Shown here: positions 37,610-48,846 of the stretch, one piece after another
How the letters are laid out: every line of letters begins with the position of its first letter
Position numbering within the stretch: position 1 is the first letter of the stretch
Source of the DNA: Corallochytrium limacisporum Hawaii
Lineage: Eukaryota > Protista > Pluriformea
Direction: 5' to 3'
Length of the DNA stretch: 64,000 nucleotides
Assembly (NCBI GenBank): GCA_002811645.1
Contig: PDIP01000057.1
Span: 115,802 to 179,801 of the forward strand
Translations under genes and position numbers: made by a program
Notes under the pieces: model-generated
What the model saw: only the letters and a program-made list of their open reading frames with translations
Database searches by the model: none
What the model was told of the DNA's origin: nothing

Positions 37610-40024
37610 TTAAGCAATCATGAAGGTGTCCTTGTTGTTCGCCACCAACCGCTGTGCGTAGGCCTTGCCAATGATGCGTTCCAATTTCATGAGATCATGA
37701 GGGCAGTAGAGCACCATACACAGGGCCTGGGTACCAGACTGGATCATGTTCAGCAGTTCAGCGTAGAACTGTGGATTCTCCGGTAGAGAGTAGAAGATCA
37801 GATGTTTGATGCCCTTAATGCGGTACCTCTTGAAGAAGTGAAAGCGTTCGCTCATCAGCACGTACCGTTCCTCGCCCTTGTGGAACGCCGTGCGCGTCCG
37901 ACTCACATCAGGTCCGTCCGAGTACTCCGAGAGCTTGCCGAAGACCACCTCGGACCGCTTGCACCAATTCTGTACCTTGAGAAATTCAAAGTAGGTGCTG
38001 GTAAAGATCATGACGCCATCGAGCTTATTCTGGCGGACCTTTGGCCAGACATGCTGTGCAAAGTGGGCCAGGCGGGCATCCGGGATGTCAGCAACGCCAC
38101 TCGGAGAGAAACGGAGGAACGTCTGCGGCACTGATCGCAGCAATCGCGCGATAGCAACCTGGGTAGTGGGTGTGCGAAGAATGACCTTACCTGACCCGTT
38201 GGCGCAATGACGCTTGAGCAGAGTTCTGGCTTGCGGGTGGTCGTAGCGGCTGAGAATAACTGTTTGGCGGTAGTTCTGCATGAGGCCGTCAATATACCAA
38301 CTACGCAAGCGGCTAAAGTCTGTGTCCTCATGGCGGTCTTTCAGGTGCAGATTGGTGTGGGCCAGGAGGTGATTCAGATGATCAATATTCTGCATCAGAA
38401 TCGTGTCAAAGCCGTCCACAATACAAACCTCAATACTACTAAGAAAATCGTAGTCACCCGTCGCACCAGGGCGGGTCTTGCCAGTGTCGCGATCCTTGAT
38501 ATCCTTGTGCTCTCCGATAATTCTTCTCATGCGCAACGGCGATGCAAGAATGATGTCGGCATGGTAGAACTTTGTGTAGCAACGCAGACCTTTCCGGAGA
38601 ACGGTAACACCCACGGCAAAATCATCATCAATGTTGCCATGAAAGACCTGCTGAAAATCCTTCGGCTTGATCGAAAAGTTGCCCATCTCTTCCTCGTCGG
38701 CGAATTCTTGGTAGAAACGCTTCCAGCCCCGGATTTGTCCCTTGACCTTTTTCATAGCCTTGCGCATGGCATCATTAGCCGAAGTTGCGTTGTCGTCCTT
38801 ATCACTTTGAAAAGAAAGTGATGTGGCTGCACTGATTTTGCCAGTGGCATGTAATTGTGCGAGCATGCATACGTATTCATATGCAACGTTTCGCATGGGT
38901 AGAACGACCAGGACCTTGGGACGGGTAAATCCTTGGTCGGCGTATCCGGTGTCATCGATTCCCGTGCCCGTTGTGTCTTCTCCTGCATCTGCCTTGGCCT
39001 TTAGCTTCGCGTTGTTCTTCAATACGCGATCGCGGCCACGAATGACATGGTTCAATGCATGGCACGTCAGCACCGCTCGGGCAGCTGTTCCTGGCATGCC
39101 AGATTCGATCCCAGTCTCCAGGACATCCTTGTACGAGCACACAGCAGCCGCAAAGTCAGCGATCCGATTGCTGGACTTTGGTGCTTTGGACCTCTTCTTC
39201 TTTCCTCCCAGGGCTGCACTTCCTGAGTCCCTGAGAGTCTCTTTGACCGAGCAGTCAGCGTACACTTCATGTATGGCACGCGGCTCATCGTCATTGGCCT
39301 TCTTCAGTATATAGTCCGCCTCCGTGACCCCTGCGACCAGCGCAGGAGTACCGTTGGCAAGGGTTTCCTTCTCAAAACGATTAGCGGAGGTGTTCTTCAG
39401 GACCTGGCTATAGTCTGCCACCATCTGGGCCTTGTAGCCAATCGCCGCCTGTATTTCGTCTTCAACATCCTCCGAGTCCGAGTCGACGTCCACTGTATTC
39501 GGCGGGGTCTCTGATGCCTCTTCGTCCTCACCGTCGTCATAGTCATCGTCTTCCTCTACTGGAGGAGCTTCGTCGAAATCGTCCTCACTTTCTTCAATGT
39601 GATGATCTTGATATCCATTTTCCTCCTCAAGGTCTCGGCCCCCGGTGTTTTCGGAGATATCTTCGCCATCCGCACTACCATCCATTTCTTCGTCGTCTTC
39701 ACGTTCTTGTTGTGCCTTAATCAGCGCTGCCTTCCCCTTTAGGCCCAAAGATTTGACCAAATCAGTGTATGCATTCTGGTTCTCATCTTGTTCGTCCTCA
39801 GCAAGTAGTTTCTGATACTCCTGGTCGATAGCTTCTGCCTTCAATGCCGGCCGATCCGCTTCCTCGAGGTCACGCTCGGTCAGCTTTACCCGGCGACGCT
39901 TTGCAATGGCATTTTCGATGTCACCCTCACGTTCCGCGGCGGTGTTCTCCAGGGTACCATATTCTGTTAGACGTTCTTTGTCTTTCCTCGAAAGAGATCG
40001 TCCACCTTTCCGTTTGTTGCCCAT
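37610..40024 (-). CDS. UTP25: U3 snoRNA-associated protein Utp25 (DEF/DIEXF)
   Basis: Motifs DQGFTRPKVL, FHGNIDDDF, DIILASPL, DFLSSIE and SERFHFFKRYRIKG. Confidence 0.95.
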   Translation of the reverse strand: MGNKRKGGRSLSRKDKERLTEYGTLENTAAEREGDIENAIAKRRRVKLTERDLEEADRPALKAEAIDQEYQKLLAEDEQDENQNAYTDLVKSLGLKGKAALIKAQQEREDDEEMDGSADGEDISENTGGRDLEEENGYQDHHIEESEDDFDEAPPVEEDDDYDDGEDEEASETPPNTVDVDSDSEDVEDEIQAAIGYKAQMVADYSQVLKNTSANRFEKETLANGTPALVAGVTEADYILKKANDDEPRAIHEVYADCSVKETLRDSGSAALGGKKKRSKAPKSSNRIADFAAAVCSYKDVLETGIESGMPGTAARAVLTCHALNHVIRGRDRVLKNNAKLKAKADAGEDTTGTGIDDTGYADQGFTRPKVLVVLPMRNVAYEYVCMLAQLHATGKISAATSLSFQSDKDDNATSANDAMRKAMKKVKGQIRGWKRFYQEFADEEEMGNFSIKPKDFQQVFHGNIDDDFAVGVTVLRKGLRCYTKFYHADIILASPLRMRRIIGEHKDIKDRDTGKTRPGATGDYDFLSSIEVCIVDGFDTILMQNIDHLNHLLAHTNLHLKDRHEDTDFSRLRSWYIDGLMQNYRQTVILSRYDHPQARTLLKRHCANGSGKVILRTPTTQVAIARLLRSVPQTFLRFSPSGVADIPDARLAHFAQHVWPKVRQNKLDGVMIFTSTYFEFLKVQNWCKRSEVVFGKLSEYSDGPDVSRTRTAFHKGEERYVLMSERFHFFKRYRIKGIKHLIFYSLPENPQFYAELLNMIQSGTQALCMVLYCPHDLMKLERIIGKAYAQRLVANNKDTFMIA

Positions 40025-41730
40025 CTTGGCCGTTTACCACTGATCGCCATTAAGACTGGACCAAACTATCCACGACCAACGTAAGACACAGCATAATCAG
40101 AGTGCCGACATTGCTGGTTCTCCTCTTCAACGCTTTTTGCCAAATACACAGCCAAGAATTTTGCACAGACGACCATGTCCACGGCTGCGAGTTTTCGAAT
40201 ACCAGTGGTATAGACCGGGCCCGTCTCGCTCCGCGTGGGTGCGCACCGGGCGCGCGCTCTCTACCCGGAAACGAGACCCGCACTTCCTCTCCCCCTCCCA
40301 CCTCCCGTCCCTTTGGCCCTTCATTCTATTAACTGAACCCGTAATTTAAATATTGCCGCCGGGGATGAGGGGATCCCAATCCCCCCCCCCAAACGCCGAG
40401 ATAGGCCGACACCTGCCGCAGCGTGAGCGGACGGACGGACGGTGGCACGCAATCAAACAGCGCCTGGTAACAAAAAAACCGGTGCATTCACCGCCGGCCG
40501 GAACCTCAAAAGACTTTCCCCAGGTACGAGGCGCATACGAGCGTGGCAGCGAACCGTCGAGACTACCCCCCCCCCCCGCGGCGGTGTCCTCCGGAATGAG
40601 GCAAAAACTCAATCACCGATCTTCCCCGCCCCGTGGGTTTGAGGCCCAAAAAGCGAGTTCATTTGTTATTGATCGGCTGGCTGGGAAATGGAAAACGTCA
40701 TCCTTACGACCATTCCTCTCATTTGTTTCTGATTGAGACGGAGGAAAAAATTCTTCGTGCTCGGTCTTTGAGAATACTATGAGGAAGAAACACTAGCCAA
40801 AAGTGAAAGCCGTTGCAAGAAACTGGTCATACTAAATCAACCCTTAACGCGGACTGTTTTGCCGTTTTGCCTTTATTTGCCAACCCCCCCCCCCTTTTTC
40901 GAATCCAAGTCCGATGCCTTTTGGACCGGAACCGAGCAGGATGGCAATCCTGCGGACGAGAACTTTGGTGGACCCAGGTGCGCCCGGTATAACGAATGTA
41001 CCACAGGTTATATCACCGAACGCGGCGCTTCCTCCAGAGCGGTGGAAGGTGTGCGCTGATGGACTTATCCTTTTATCCCCGCCGTCCCCGGCACACTCTC
41101 ACCAGCAAGGCCACCACCAGCTGAAAGCGCTTTGGGCCTTGGCCAAGGGCTTTTTCCCATCACCGGTAGCAGAATAAGATTCTCGGCAGCTTTGCTAATT
41201 ATGTGCATCCTCCGCGACTCCCAATGACGTATCCGCGGCTCTCATGTATAAACTACGGGCGAGAGTTTGATTGTGTGCCCCTTTGACCGCCACTGGGACG
41301 CATAAGGCAAAACACAGGAACAACAGTGCTTACTGTGCCCCGAAGGAGGAGCGTTACTCACCCACTTTTATTGACTCAATACCGAAGCAATAGACTTAAG
41401 GGGTGTGTTTCTGGTGGGTTGTGGCGCCAGTGTGTGCGAAAAGAAGGCACAATACTGAGTTGTAAGCGAAAGGGACCAAGCCGTGCGATAGCGCCCTTAA
41501 TAGTTCTGTGACGATAAGGCTGAATTCCCACTTGTAGCGAATCAGCATACATCATGGCGCATGGGCTGCATTAAAGTGAAATATTGTTCGGACAGCAAAC
41601 TTTTGCTACTCGGTGCGCACGACCATTACGGGTATTCAGAGGAATATGAATCCTGTTGAATATTCCACATCATCATTCCTTTTCTTAAACTAGTCACGAA
41701 ACCTTTCGGGTATCAGACAAATCTTCCAAC

Positions 41731-42384
41731 ATGGCCGGAAAGGACGACGAATACGATTACCTGTTCAAGGTGGTTCTGATTGGTGACTCTGGCGTCGGCA
41801 AATCTAATTTGCTTAGCCGTTTCACTCGCAACGAATTCAACCTGGAGTCTAAGTCGACTATTGGCGTGGAGTTTGCTACTCGCAGCATCCAGATTGAGGG
41901 CAAGACCGTCAAGGCACAGATTTGGGACACTGCTGGACAGGAACGTTACAGGGCCATCACCTCTGCATACTACCGTGGTGCCGTCGGAGCATTATTGGTG
42001 TACGATATTGCTAAGCATCAGACGTACGAAAACGTTGAGCGCTGGCTGAAGGAGCTCCGTGACCACGCCGAGGAATCCATTGTGATTATGCTGGTTGGAA
42101 ACAAGAGTGATTTGCGCCACCTCCGGGCTGTCCCCACTGAGGAGGCCAAGGGCTTTGCAGAGAAGCAGACTCTGTCCTTCATCGAAACCTCTGCTCTGGA
42201 TGCCACAAACGTTGAGGAGGCTTTCGAAAACATCTTGACAGAAATCTATAAGAAGATGAGCAGTAAGCAGCTTGCGGGTGACGATAACGAGGTCGCTGTG
42301 CCCTCAAGCAATGTGGAGAAGATCATTGTTGCACCCACTGCGGAAAACAATGCGGCAAAGAAGAATAACTGCGGTTGCCAGTAA
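41731..42384 (+). CDS. RAB11: Rab11 GTPase
   Basis: Motifs [44 protein letters not shown] and [15 protein letters not shown], with a C-terminal CGCQ prenylation site. Confidence 0.97.
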   Translation: MAGKDDEYDYLFKVVLIGDSGVGKSNLLSRFTRNEFNLESKSTIGVEFATRSIQIEGKTVKAQIWDTAGQERYRAITSAYYRGAVGALLVYDIAKHQTYENVERWLKELRDHAEESIVIMLVGNKSDLRHLRAVPTEEAKGFAEKQTLSFIETSALDATNVEEAFENILTEIYKKMSSKQLAGDDNEVAVPSSNVEKIIVAPTAENNAAKKNNCGCQ

Positions 42385-42582
42385 GTGCATTTTGCGGGAT
42401 CTCAACATCATTGAATTCATTTTGGTATATAAAGCATTCCTCCATTCGTAAGAAAGTCTAACTATGTTACATGCCAGTGCCACGGGAAGCAAATGCACAC
42501 TAGATAGTCGTGGAACGGTATCACGAAATGGAATGAGTGTTTTCGACACGGTTGTTTTATTTGATCATTAACTGTAGGTTCT

Positions 42583-43197
42583 TCACTCGCTCAAAATCCT
42601 TTCGGTCTGGTCCCAGAACGCGTTGACGGCCTGGAAACGAGTCATTTGTTCAACATCAAACGTCATCTTCTTGATGTCTTTAGTCTTCTTGACACTGTCC
42701 TTGACGCAGATGTTGGCTTCCCAGCTCGTCGAGGAGCTTGTGTTCGTCCACTGTAGGGGAGCGATGAAATTGTAGAGGTCACGAATAGCGAGGGCATCCT
42801 GGTTGGAGCGGGATATGTGCTCCACCTTCCTTTCCTCAGACGAAACCTTTGTGAATGTCGACTCAGCATGCCTCTTGTTGTTCTGAAGACCTCTGCATTC
42901 GTCCTCCAGTACGTTAGCAAGCTTGGCCAGGGTGAGTTGTTCGTTTTCCATGGCTTCCTTCTTGGCTTCAAACTGTTCCTCGGATTCAGGCTCAACGATT
43001 TGCGCGTCTGTGTCCTTTGCGCGTTCTGTGAGCTCCCTGATGGTGTCGGCTGCAGTCCTTATCTTCTTCTTGTATTCGGTGGTTGCCTCTTCCAGCCTCC
43101 AGTGAATGTCGACGAGGCCATCCTGATCAGTGTTCTGGTCGAAGATGTGCTGCATCTCCTTCAGAATAGCCCGTGTTTCGGTAAAAATTGCGCTCAT
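42583..43197 (-). CDS. SPC24: Kinetochore Ndc80-complex subunit Spc24-like
   Basis: 204 aa with an N-terminal coiled coil. The C-terminal RWD-like part has LY..I..LQW and the terminal MTRFQAVNAFW pattern typical of Spc24. Confidence 0.7.
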   Translation of the reverse strand: MSAIFTETRAILKEMQHIFDQNTDQDGLVDIHWRLEEATTEYKKKIRTAADTIRELTERAKDTDAQIVEPESEEQFEAKKEAMENEQLTLAKLANVLEDECRGLQNNKRHAESTFTKVSSEERKVEHISRSNQDALAIRDLYNFIAPLQWTNTSSSTSWEANICVKDSVKKTKDIKKMTFDVEQMTRFQAVNAFWDQTERILSE

Positions 43198-43520
43198 TTT
43201 GAAGGCTTATGTGTAATAGACTCTAACTAGGCAACCAGTACCCGCTGTCGTACCAACTACGTCAAGTTCATTACACAAAGGAAATCTGACACGTAGCAGA
43301 TGCACTTCCTCCGTTGTACCTTTCTTCATCTCATCAAGTCATGATCCAATCCTCGCAGCACACTAACCGTTGTGCTGCATAGATATTATGCTAACGTCTA
43401 CTCTAGTTATATTAGAACAGAACCATTCTTGAGTCAGAGGACATGCATGTAAGCTAGTTTGTCAAGAAACGGTTCCGGGGTCTTGGCCCGCCATTTCGGC
43501 ACCCAGAGGGCAAACCCCCC

Positions 43521-43541
43521 TTTGAATTTCTGGCGGGAAAA
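43521..43541 (-). promoter_or_regulatory. Adjacent CHR-like (TTTGAA) and E2F (TTTTCCCGCCA) motifs upstream of SPC24
   Basis: The + strand reads TTTGAATTTCTGGCGGGAAAA about 330 bp upstream of the ATG. A CCAAT box lies at 43623-43627. Confidence 0.45.
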
Positions 43542-44379
43542 GGGGTCCTCTCAGCCTGTCCCGCTTGGTTATTCGGTCAGTAATACCGAATGTACGGCAG
43601 TTCTACCGGTCGGATTTCCTAGCCAATAGGCTCCATAGCGAAAGTACGGGGCGCTTTCCAGGACTTTTTAAATGAGGGTTTCAGTGTTAAGAATGGCAAA
43701 GTTCATGTTCTCTGGGGAAGCATATGTTTTTCGCACCTGGGGGCTTTTTGCTCCCATACTTTTCCAACCCTTCCGTCACTTTCAAAGACCCTCCATTTTC
43801 CACAGACGTGTCTGCCTTGAACTCCTGGGCTTTTGTTTACGAAGGCTGTGCATGCTACTGAATGTACTGAACTTAGCAAGCGCCAATTGTTGTTTCGGGC
43901 ACGCAGCCAGCGGTGAAAACACAACATAAAATCGGCAAGACCAACCCTGTTCTCTTCTGTTCCAGTAGCATAACCATAGGGGACACACAAGTGTTTGCCG
44001 GACCAGCCCTGTCCGCACACCACATGACCCCGGTGGTTTTCACTGCCAATGTACTGGGGTGGAGAATTTCTACCCGCACGTCGTGGGTCAAACGGAAAGA
44101 GCTCGGTTGAAGTCAGCAGGGCTGTCTGTTACTTGCAGGGCCCAAAGGATATTCTTTTGGTACAACGGTTTATTGCTCAGTTCCCGCAAGGAACCGGCGT
44201 CTGATTATGTAAGTGGGATAGTTATCTGCGAAACCAATTGTAAATTTTGTCGCGTCAAACTTGTTGTCTGGTATAAATGAACCGTTCCCGGCGTAAACAA
44301 CATTGTATGTATGTTCGAGCGATCAACCACTGGCTTTATATCTACTAGTACGGGTTCGATTATAGCTTTATTTTTCAAC

Positions 44380-44907
44380 ATGTCGCTGCAGCGCACCGTC
44401 GGAATGTTTCGGCCCTTCGGCCGGATAGTGGCTCGCTCCGGTCGTCCCACTGCCATCCAAGGTAAGTATGTTTATGAAACTCGGGATGAATGCGCTCAAC
44501 TGAAAAATGGGACGGTACATACTAACATGGGCTCTAATTGTCAATCCTCTTTACATATTGTAGCAAAGCGTTTCTTCTCTTCTGATCTGACTGACGCTGA
44601 ATTCGACGAGGCCTGGGAGAAGTTCTTCAAGCGGGAGGATCTCGATAACTACCAGATGCGTCGTGGTCTGGACGATTTGTTCTCCCACGATTTGATTCCT
44701 GAGCCTCGCATCATCGTTGCAGCTCTGCACTGCTCTCGCCGCCTCAATGACTTCGCCACCACCGTGCGCATTCTGGAAGGTGTGAAGGACAAATCTACTC
44801 TGGACCCTTCTCTGTACGACTGGGTTCTGGGTGAGATTAAGCCAACTCTGCAGGAGCTCGGTGTTCCCACCCCCGAGGAGCTTGGACTGGACGCCTCCAA
44901 CAAGTAA
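44380..44907 (+). CDS. COX5A: Cytochrome c oxidase subunit 5A (yeast Cox6), two exons 44380-44461 and 44564-44907
   Basis: Motif EFDEAW..HDLIPEPRIIVAAL..RRLNDFATTVRILEGVKDK and an Arg-rich presequence interrupted by a GT-AG intron. Confidence 0.92.
   Translation: MSLQRTVGMFRPFGRIVARSGRPTAIQGKYVYETRDECAQLKNGTVHTNMGSNCQSSLHIVAKRFFSSDLTDAEFDEAWEKFFKREDLDNYQMRRGLDDLFSHDLIPEPRIIVAALHCSRRLNDFATTVRILEGVKDKSTLDPSLYDWVLGEIKPTLQELGVPTPEELGLDASNK
44462..44563 (+). other. Spliceosomal intron (102 nt) in COX5A
   Basis: GTAAGT donor, TACTAAC branch point at 44520-44526 and TAG acceptor. Removal joins ...TAIQ-A-KRFFSS. Confidence 0.85.
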
Positions 44908-45635
44908 ATTATTCGATGCTCCCGGCATTCATGTAATACTCTATACTACACATAATGATTGGAATTTGAAGTCTCCTATGGGTCTCGGGAAACTTGAGAG
45001 AGTCAGGGTTGCGATCACAGAATTCTCCAAGTTACGTCGATTCGAACCAGTGAGCTCCAAAGCGTCCAATCCCATCAAAAACAGCTGTTAGAAAGTCATC
45101 ATAATCGTAACATAGTGGCCTTTGACCAGCATGTTAAAATTCCCAATATGTCTTATTGTCTTATGTTTTGATGTTCGCACAGGACGTAAAGGCACCTCTT
45201 TTCCGGTGCCGTCAAGTCCGATCAATTATCTTCACAATACGATTCGCTTTTATTGGTCTTATATACTGAGACTCGAAGGAAACCCGGAGAGAGGGAAAGG
45301 GAAGGGGAGGGGGGAAAGCAGAGGGAAAGATTTCCTATTGAAATCTCACGGGGCCGAGTTTCACTGCGGGGTGGGTCTCAAAGTCCACGCCAAAAGGTCT
45401 CGGTCTCTTCTAGGAGTCTCCTAGATGGAATTCCGGGGACAAAGCATTGGATCCGACCGCAGACATTCACTCCAGCCACATCGCTTCTACTGCAATCATG
45501 TCAGTAGATAGTGAGGTAGTTGAATGGTATCTCCGACAACTCATATGAAAGTCATCCTGATCAGAGAGACTGACATGAACCAGGTCACTTGTTGGTCATA
45601 TCATTGTCCTGTAATCCGCATCAGATCCATCAAAA

Positions 45636-46253
45636 ATGCCCAAGCAAAATGGTTCAGTCAGTTCCACTCATTCAGTGGGTAGCAATGAACATTGCTGTCC
45701 AGGAAGAAGAGGTGTTCCGGAGAACCCTATCACGATCGACGACCGTCGATTGCCCACAAAAATGGGATCGAGGACTCCCAAGATCATCGTAAAAGATCCG
45801 AGGGTAGGACTCATTGTCGACCTTCAGGGAAAGCCGATCCAAGGCATGAAGTCTCCCCTTCAAAACACGAACCGCCCAAACGCCAAAGCTTCGCGTATGA
45901 ATGGTAAACCCTTTGCTGGTGCCGTTGTAAGCAAGAGGGTACACTCGCGTGGCTTGCAATCCAAGATATTGATCAAATCATACACCTTGCCAACCAAGCT
46001 ACCTGAGGATCGTTTGGTATATCCACGGTGTGTACCGCCAGCTCTGTCTAACGGGAGCCCCAATCAGGTCGTTCCGGAGTCTGATCCAATTTCACTCGAG
46101 ACAACAAACGAATTCAAAGTTGTACATCCACACCCTCGAACGGAACGATCCCCGCCCCTGATTGTACCAGTTACTGGTTCAGCATCCTCACTGACCCATA
46201 CCATTGATGATATTCGAGCTGCCAATGCTTTGTTAGCCATGAGCAGAGGATGA
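45636..46253 (+). CDS. Hypothetical Pro/Ser-rich protein with C-terminal DIRAANALLAMS helix
   Basis: 205-aa ATG-initiated ORF in an A-rich start context, free of intergenic-type homopolymers. No recognised domain. Confidence 0.5.
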   Translation: MPKQNGSVSSTHSVGSNEHCCPGRRGVPENPITIDDRRLPTKMGSRTPKIIVKDPRVGLIVDLQGKPIQGMKSPLQNTNRPNAKASRMNGKPFAGAVVSKRVHSRGLQSKILIKSYTLPTKLPEDRLVYPRCVPPALSNGSPNQVVPESDPISLETTNEFKVVHPHPRTERSPPLIVPVTGSASSLTHTIDDIRAANALLAMSRG

Positions 46254-46819
46254 TGACTCGATCGACTCCTCGCCCGGTCCTTCTCAACGAGCTGATTGCT
46301 GTGCACCTTGCACAGTGACGAGGAGGGGGAAGGGGAACACTTCGCCTGTCGCAACAGAAAGGGAAGTAAAGTACTAGGTTACCTGTACATCCATCACTAG
46401 GGGCCGGGCAGGGTCTCACTGGTCCGTTCGGACGGGCCGGTCCCCACAGCAGGCATTGGTGACAATGCGGAAGAGCATCGTGGCAGCCATACTGGACAAA
46501 GTACACACCGTGTGGAAATGAAGGTAAACACATCAACAAACTAATATCATTGTCAATTTAGATTATCTTGTAAGCATATGAAGTACATTCCACAAGATAG
46601 CCGTGCCGTGTGCGACCACACATCACACAGAGATTGACCTGGTCAGAATGGCGACACGGGCAAACTTTCTCAGGGCTCAGGAACTTTCTTCACGACTGCC
46701 ACCTCCTCCAAGCAGGATCAAACAGAAAGTTTCTGGAGTGTCCAAACAATGACAGGGTGGAACATGTTTCCTCTGGAGTGATCACGGACTCAGTCTACGG
46801 TCCGATCGCATATGCGCAG

Positions 46820-47487
46820 CTTCCGTGCACAACCGAAACATTGCTGCCGTGCTCACTATGCAGTGTCTAACACTATTACAGCAGCATACAGTGGCGGTGA
46901 CATCATCTCATGACATGCCTCGACAGCGTCGAAGGTCTGCAAAATCCCGATGGAAGAAGACGATGAGTGCCTGTGCATGGCCTACGACAACCTCAGTAAC
47001 CGCAACGCTGTCGCTGGCAAGAAGCTCAGCATTCTTGTCATGGATGCTGAGACCAACAAACCCATTATTCAGCTGCGCGAAGGCTTGTAGAATCAGGGTC
47101 ACCGCAACCGTATTTCACGAAGCTGTGGGATATAAGTGCCGGCAAGGAGAAGCAAAAAGTCGTTTTCCATGAGCATGCCAACGGCAAGGAAATGCCCTGC
47201 ATGATGGACGCCTCTCAATTCAGTAAGCACAGTGATCAGTTCGCTGGTGGGGGTGGAGGAAACGAGAATGAGTTGCATATCTGGGATGTGCAGCCAATCG
47301 TCCTCTAGGAAGGCTGGCTATTTTCGAAAAGGAGGTGTACACCATTGATTTCCACCCCAGTGAGCCTTTGCTTGCTGTCGGTGATTGCGCTGGCGCCCTC
47401 TGGATGGTCCGTTTCGAGGAATCCGACGTTCTGCAAGGTATCCCGAGTGCTGTGTCCTCCGGTGTCAGAATTTCTAGCCACGAGTAG
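46820..47487 (+). pseudogene. Disrupted WD40-repeat gene
   Basis: WD40-like fragments in shifting frames (AAYSGGDIIS*H, CLCMAYD..VMD, GHRNRI, KLWDI, AGGGGGNENELHIWD, VYTIDFHPSEPLLAVGD). Stops lie at 46911 and 47088, with frameshifts near 46845, 47114 and 47288. Confidence 0.7.
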
Positions 47488-48846
47488 GTGTTGATTCTTA
47501 GATGGACATGAGCCATCCAAAAGAAAACACCCAGGTGAGATCACCCCAGCCGCTTAGTTCCGAAGAACGACCAAAAATCCTAAGTAACCCGAGGAGAAGT
47601 CCCAAGATCTGTATCAAATAAGCTCCCCAAATGCCCCGCTTCCCACCTAAGTATTGATTTGCTTTCCTGACCGAACGGGAGGGTGTTTAGTGGTCGTTGC
47701 GGCAGCAGGTTTCAAGCCCACCCACCCCCTGTAACCCCATAAGGGAGGGTGAATGGTTTTTGCCCTGTGGCTTTTCCTTCCTTCCGTTCCCCTTTGTTCA
47801 ACAGCGCACACCCTTCACACAGTACAAATCCACATTTGTTTCGAGCCCGACAGCAGCCGCACCGGGGGAGGATGGACCCCAGGACCCGTACCAGAGCGCT
47901 TACTGGAGTGCTGACCGGCCTTACTCCCTAACTAACCCTGTTCTTGGCCCCATGTTTTCCTCAACCTGCCTGCTTTGGTGGTCCACCTACTTTAATCCCC
48001 CAGAGTAGAAAAAGGGAAAGTACGAACGGGAAAACCTGGGGTTTACTACGTTGGGAAGCTGCCGTGTATGGTTGCTGCGTGTTAGTTTGTTTTCTCTCTT
48101 CGTTGTGGTCGGTGTGCACCCCTCCCCCCTCCGGGGGGGAGGGAGGGGAACTTCGCCTCCCGCAACGGGAAATGGTGGGGAGGGGCTGCTGGTTACACAA
48201 CCGGAGTGTGCGACGGCGGTGTGTCGGTATCGGGGAGCTGCCCCGGCGAAATGCCGGGGTGGTCGTGTGTGCGTGATGATAGAAAGGTGCCGTCCGTTTT
48301 TTTTACGGGGGAAAGTAAATGGGAGCGACCGAGTCGAAAACCCCCTTCCTCTCCCCCCCCCCCGGCAGGGGGGGGCCAGAAAAACAGGGGACCCAGAAAG
48401 ACGGAACGAAAAAGCAAAGGACAAAAAAAAGGAAATGGAAGAAGGGCAAGAAAAAAAAACATGCACCCCCCCCTCCCCTCTCCCCGGCGGTCTGGTGTGT
48501 CACATCAGAGGGTCCCTGTCTTTTTTAAGTGTGTCCAGGGAACTCTCGCACTTCTGAGCAAACTGGATCGAGTATTGCGGGAGTATTACACTGGGCACTG
48601 AGAACCTGCACCGCTCGTGGTGAAGCAAAATAGGTACATCCCGAAACCGGGCCCCTCTGATAGGGTTTGAGTGTGTGCTCTATCCTCCCTAAGAAGGAGG
48701 TTTTGACGTCGAAGCTATTTCAAGTTGATCCACGGATCAGATTTTGCAGTTTAGATATAATGTGCCGATGTAAATTGGGTACGGATGTAGTGAAGATATA
48801 CACTAGTGAAGAATGGGTTCATAGTTGTTCAGGGGAAAGCGAAGAC

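Noticed and set aside
46911-47090. Alternative genetic code or A-to-I stop-codon editing as the explanation for in-frame stops
   Set aside because: Intact genes here terminate normally at TGA, TAG and TAA. The same locus also has frameshifts and a deletion that editing could not repair.
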